NCBI GenBank assembly: GCA_964016885.1
Contig: OZ024741.1
Span: 154,008,001 to 154,072,000, forward strand
Source: Eledone cirrhosa
Lineage: Eukaryota
Direction: 5' to 3'
DNA: 64,000 nucleotides
Shown here in pieces: positions 57,648-64,000 of the stretch. Position numbers and translations under genes: made by a program. The first letter of the stretch is position 1. Every line of letters begins with the position of its first letter. The notes below the pieces were generated by a model. It saw only the letters and a list, made by a program, of their open reading frames with translations. It did no database searches and was not told the DNA's origin.

Positions 57648-59576
57648 GTCGCTGGTGCCCCCATTGCGAGGGCCCCGGGACACACAACACACAAAAACAA
57701 GATGGTGTAGGACAGAACAAAGGAAAGACACAAAATAAAAACCCAGTCACCAAGGAGGTCACAGAATGTGTGACAAAAGAGCTTTGACAATATATAAACA
57801 GCCACCCAGTTATCGAACCAACCAACCAACGAACCAACCAACCAGAAATGTATAATAAATTGAAGTGAAAACCAAATATGTGCATGTGTTTTTATTGGCA
57901 GCATGACCCTCCCAAAGTATAACAATATCTGTTTCAACACACGTTTTCAGATAAGAAATCATACAAAACAAATTCAAAAACGAAGTATATATACATATAT
58001 ATATTTATATATTCATTTATGTTTAGTGGTTCACCACTTGATAGAACTGGTCATTCCATGACATAATAGTAGGAAAAGCACTCTATGTTATGCAATTCAT
58101 CCATCATAGATGTTGAATCCTGTGGTTGGTGCAGGAATGGAGTTAAATATTGGTTTGTTTAAAGCAATAGGAAGGTGGACTGGTGATGTTCCTTTAAATT
58201 TTTATTGTTGCAAAAACACTATATATATTTCAATGGCCTGGTTATGTAAGATCCTGGTGACATAATCAGGTGTGGATTGCATAATTATATAATCAATAAA
58301 GGATTTACAGCACAAACAGAGAAATTATAGGAAAAACAGCACAAACAGAGAAATTATAGGAAAAATATAGAAACAATATTTGATTTGGAGATGGCCTGTG
58401 ACCTAAGTATTATTGTTGTCACAGACCATCCCCGAATTAGCAAGCTAGTGAATGTAAAGCATTGTGGGTTTGGTAGGTAATTGGTTAGTATGGTGGAGAC
58501 ATACATTCTGTTTCTATAGATACTACTATGCCTATGATAGCTACTCTGACCATAGTGACTGGGGTGGTGGGCTTAGTCCTGCATGAATGTACACTGGCCA
58601 AAACCAGCTAAGTGTGATGGTGAAGAAGATCAGATTACTGAAGATGTGGAGGTCAGGTTATAAAATTCCAAAATGCCCAACAAAAATGTATATATGTGCT
58701 CCTAAAATACCAGCCATGATAGACACACCCAATACAATCTGTAAAGTAACTGGTGATAGGAAAGACATCCAGCCATAAAAAAACTTGCTATACAAAGGAT
58801 CAGGAGAACTCTTGAGCTGTGTCAAAGACATGACAACCACCCTAGTGTTGATGAGGTACATGATGAAAGCACTCAGATCGATCTGTAAAGTGACTGGTGA
58901 AAGGAAAGGCATCCATCTGTAGAAAAACCTGCCAAACAAAAGGTCAGGAGCTGTTTTAAAGACATGACAAGTGCTGATGTTATGATAATATGCAATTGGT
59001 AGAGTGTGGGAAAAATTTGTAAGAACCTGGTAGAGTGCGGGATTATAAGTAAGCGAGATGCAGGCCTCTAGCTCATCTGAGAGGTCAGTGGTTCTGTTTG
59101 AGTACTGAATTGGTCTGCAATGATCAGTTGAACCCTTGTTAGTCGGGGAAAAGGATGTTAAATGATGATAATGATGATGTTATATATATATATACATATA
59201 TGATATGTAGTCATCCAAACTCAAATGACCATAATAATAGTCAGCAATTTTGGAGAAGGGAAAGTCGATCAGTAAGGATGAAAGGCAAAGCTAACCTCGG
59301 CAGGATTTGAACTCCGCAAAGCATAATGTCTGAAGCTTTACTGATACTGCCAATCCACCACCCTTAATATTCTTGTTATTAATGAAAAATGTTTTGTTTT
59401 TGTGAAACACTCAAGATTTATAAACTATACCACTCTGAAGTTGTACTTTATTTTATTGACCCTGGAAGAATGAAAAACAAAGCTGACCTTGGTGGGATTT
59501 GAACTCAGAATGCAGAAAGCTGGAACAAACACCACAAGGTATTTTATTCTACCCTTTAATAATTCTGATACTTCCC

Positions 59577-59607
<31 letters not shown>

Positions 59608-59876
59608 ACACATCTTCTCCCAGTTTAAAAAATATCAATTAAGATTGTATAACATTTTTAATGTACAAAATTTTATTTATGGAATATATGTAAATATAGT
59701 TTAATAGAAAAATAAAAAAGAATAAAATTTAGATTGAGAAGAATGAAATGTAAAATAGGAAAATATAGAGAAAAAAGAGAATTAGAAAGAAAAAAACAGG
59801 AAGGAGAGGGATGGCAAAGACTCTAGTGTCACAGAAGAATGGGGAGGGAGAAGGGGAGGATGGTTGGGCTCTGGTC

Positions 59877-60145
59877 CTAGGATGCGGTGGTGGAGGAGCT
59901 GTGCCCCACGGACAAGACTGCTAAAGCATTCCCGCGGACAATGGCCAGCGATATCCATGGACAATGGCCAGCGATACCCACGGACAATGGCCAGCGATAC
60001 CCATGGACAATGGCCAGCGATACCCACTGCAACAGCCACCCTACCTTGTGGGGTTCCTTCCTGAAATGGGCCGCCAACATTCCAATCTTGCAGAGGAGCT
60101 TGACTGTACGGGGTCCAAGTATGCCTGAGGTCTCGACGATGACTG
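59877..60145 (-). pseudogene. CRE-clade LINE C-terminal fragment with a 4 x 22-bp internal repeat
   Basis: PVIVETSGILGP...WLLQWVSLAIV..SLAIVRGNA. Confidence 0.7.
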
Positions 60146-60474
60146 GTGCAAAGAGGAAAAATATAAAATAGTTTTATTGTGGATTTGTATAATTGTTTTT
60201 TTAAAAATTACAATTACTTACAAAGTAATTAAATATTAATTTCCATTTCCAACATTACTCTTCACCTCCCTTTCCTCATCTTCTTCTATTCATGTACATA
60301 TTGTATTATTGTTATTATGTTGTATTTGTATTGTATTTATTGCAATCTTCACTGTAGTCATCTTTGTCTGCCCTTACTGTTGATGTGTTCACATTTATTT
60401 AGTTATCTAGTTATTTATTTCTATAACTTCCAAATTAACGAGACTCCTGTGTTACAACAATAGAGGAAGACAAC

Positions 60475-60561
<87 letters not shown>

Positions 60562-60786
60562 CCCAAGGGCTCTAACTTACGTCAGAACATGGCAGAGATG
60601 CACACTTTTAAGACATTTAATATATTCTGTTACTGGTATTGCCTTTAATAGAAGACCTAACCAACTGCTCATTACAAATAATAATTACAGATTCATTTCT
60701 GATCCACAATTACTTTGGCAGACATGGACAGCAATGTACATATATGATCAACATTCACTGACAACACCATTCATTCATTAGCACTC

Positions 60787-61570
60787 TCAACAACACTGCT
60801 AACACCATCACCACCTACAACTACAACTACAACAACAACACTGCTAACACCATCACCACCTACAACTACAACAACACTGCTAACACCATCACCACCTACA
60901 ACTACAACAACAACACTGCTAACACCATCACCACCTACAACTACAACAACAACACTGCTAACACCATCACCACCTACAACTACAACAACAACGCTGCTAA
61001 CACCATCACCACCTACAACTACAACAACAACACTGCTAACACCATCACCACCTACAACTACAACAACAACACTGCTAACACCATCACCACCTACAACTAC
61101 AACAACAACACTGCTAACACCATCACCACCTACAACTACAACAACAACACTGCTAACACCATCACCACCTACAACTACAACAACAACAACACTGCTAACA
61201 CCATCACCACCTACAACTACAACAACAACACTGCTAACACCATCACCACCTACAACTACAACAACAACATCACCATCAACACCACCATCACTACCAACAA
61301 CATCACCATCAACACCACCAACACTACCAACAACATCACTATCAACACCACCAACACTACCAACAGCATCACTATCAACACCACCATCACTACCAACAAC
61401 ATCACCATCAACACCACCAACACTACCAACAACATCACTATCAACACCACCAACACTACCAACAACATCACTATCAACACCACCATCACTACCAACAACA
61501 TCACCATCAACACCACCAACACTACCAACAACACCACCATCACTACCAACAACAACATCAGTTCCTACAA
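60787..61570. repeat. Two-part minisatellite (~39-bp units, then 33-bp units)
   Basis: ACAACACTGCTAACACCATCACCACCTACAACTACAACA x ~12, then ACATCACCATCAACACCACCAACACTACCAACA x ~8. Confidence 0.9.
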
Positions 61571-62069
61571 CACTATATACAAAACAGCACAGCTTAGTTA
61601 AAAGAACAGAAAATATATTCATAATATATAAATATCAACAAAAATTTAAACACAAATTCTTTTTATACCATGGCTTATACTACCAAAACTTCGAACCTAT
61701 CGAAAACATTGTGCTATCCTGTTTTGTTTCTTAATTTTCTGTGTTTGTCCATCTTCCTCATTTTGGGATTATTTGTGAACAGCAGCAATTCACAAGGTAT
61801 ACTGGTTGAACCACAACAAAGATCAAGTTTGGGAAGGAAACGTTCCAGTGAGATGAACAATCTGAGAAACAATCCTCTTGGTTGTACTGGAAGACATGTA
61901 AGCAATTAACTACTTTTAATTAACTATTTTTGGGAATGATTTCTAATTATTAGTAATGTCTCTTTTCTTGCCATACCTGTTGTCACACAGATGTGACTAA
62001 AATTGTTTTTTCTACTATCTAAATTCCTTCAACCATCATGCTTCATGTTCTCTCTTGTTTATTCATTGT

Positions 62070-62216
<147 letters not shown>

Positions 62217-62686
62217 CCATGCACACGCATACACAAACAGATAATTGATGGGTTGATAGTGTTGTTTACTCCCAGATCAGATCTCATTAGGCAAACCTAT
62301 GGTCAAAAGCATTTCAGTTGTGACCATCTTATATTTTTCAGATACAGTGTATCAAGGATTATACCAACTGTGTTCTTCCTTTTTTAAAACAGTTGTGATG
62401 TGAATGATAGTTCATTCATTGGCTATTACAGATAGTTCATTAATGTATCAGCATATAGAATATAAGAGTGCTCAATGCATGCTCATGCTCAATACATGTA
62501 AATTGTGGAAACATTTGGATGTGAATGCCATAAGTGATGGGAAGACAACCTGTCTAGGAGAGCAGTCACTCTGACTAGATTAGACTACACAAGGTCGATG
62601 TGGATCCTGTAAGCTCTGTGGAAGACAACCTGTCTAGGAGAGCAGTCACTCTGAATAGGTAAGACTACACAGGGTAGACTTGAACC

Positions 62687-62721
<35 letters not shown>

Positions 62722-63685
62722 TCATGGCCACCTAATACCCTCAGCATCTGATGGTTGTGACATTTGTGTGTGTGTGTAGAAAAAATTTGATGACCCCCAT
62801 GTAAGCGATATCAAATACTTTTTATTGGAAATATTGTTCTGATAGCAATCTCTTGTCTCTAAAGTTGCAAACAATTTGTTAAATGCAGCCCTGGGTAAAG
62901 TGAGTAGAGGAAAGAACGCCAGACAAATTTTCACACTTACAGGCGTGTTTCACTTGCATGGGCAGAATGACACTTACAGCCGCCTTTGTTCCTCCCAACA
63001 CCCCCTTTTCTCTACTGCGCCCACTTAGGCACCAGCACCCCTCTGCACCTTCTCAACGTGGTAGTGCCCACTTTGAGAACCTCTGCTGTAAACTATGTGG
63101 AAGTCAATCTGTCTAGGAGAGCAGTCACTCTGAATGAAAAGTAATACAGAGTAAAGAGGACCACTAAGTCTTGTCAGACAACCTTTCTTGTGCTGGTAGC
63201 ATGACAAAAATGTACCTAGTCCATGGTTGTTGGTGATGGCAAGGGTATCCATCCAGAAAAACACTGCCAAAAATTATGAAATTAAAATTCTTTTCATCTC
63301 ATGAAAAAATATTATTATGTGAAATGTATGAGAAAATCGTTTTCTCATTTTCCGCTGTTAAACCCAGTTTCCCTTCTCATTAGATGTGCGTGGGTGTATG
63401 TGTGTGACCTGGCAATTGATTGCTCCTTCATAAAAGGGCAGATTTTAACCATTCACCATTCATACATACTCACATATACATACATACATGATGGCTGCCC
63501 CCTCGTTATCGAGTATGGCTATTGCACGATATACCATTATTAATAATTATTAATTAATTCTATCGTGTAATGCCTGTGCGTGAAGATATTTTTTAAAGTG
63601 AAGAAAGACTGCACTGAGCCAATCCCACTCTCTGAGCGACAGTATCTATAACCCGAAAAGAAGAAAAGATCAACATCATCGGTAA

Positions 63686-64000
63686 CTACTGAGCCGCAGG
63701 TTTTATATCAGAGTTATCCAAGTTTCCTGAGTTGCCTTCTCCTAGAAGAATGCCCTGACAAGGGCTAGGTTTAACTCCCAGTGGTTTAACCGTGCGGTAC
63801 ATGTGTATATACATATTTACACACTTTTGGATGGTCGCTGACTCTGGTGAGTTCTTCCGCCCTTTGTCAGGTTTTGTTTTTTGTCGTTCAGGGTGTCCAA
63901 AATCACTCTCCTCACCAAATAAACTTGGTGGGGTTGCCGGTTTAGTAGCCAACGACCCGACCATGCGACAGGTTGTACTGGGTTACATGTTACCAGTAAC
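63686..64000 (-). mobile_element. Possible RTE-type 5' UTR fragment
   Basis: CTAGGAGAAGGCAACTC motif; related CTAGGAG...ACTCTGA motifs at ~62550, 62630 and 63110. Confidence 0.3.

Noticed and set aside
59935-60027. 22-bp repeat as a regulatory array
   Set aside because: Local duplication inside a CRE LINE C-terminal fragment
63686-64000. HDV-like ribozyme in a putative RTE 5' UTR
   Set aside because: Could not build the nested double pseudoknot by eye, and the sequence is cut by the window edge

Overview
AT-rich, repeat-saturated eukaryotic DNA. The SINE types, (TA)n/(TAA)n tracts and RTE LINEs resemble an octopus-like cephalopod genome (inference). I found no host gene I can support, and the long YIYI ORFs are microsatellite artefacts. 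The window is a nest of mobile elements: two RTE LINE families with an internal PHD-type finger and (GAT)n tails, tRNA-derived SINEs sharing the RTE 3' end, an RTE-BovB-like LINE, R4/Dong-like LINEs in (TAA)n, CR1-like and CRE-like relics, a Penelope-like element (RT + GIY-YIG), and an 11.6-kb Helitron tandem array nested in a TTAA-CCCT MITE. The main hidden signal is at least 12 hammerhead-ribozyme motifs at 8 loci, in about 7 apparently unrelated sequence families. Most sit in short non-coding fold-back or direct-repeat elements inserted in TA microsatellites, and one ends the coding Penelope-like element. This suggests a diverse TA-targeted, ribozyme-bearing non-autonomous Penelope/retrozyme-like system.
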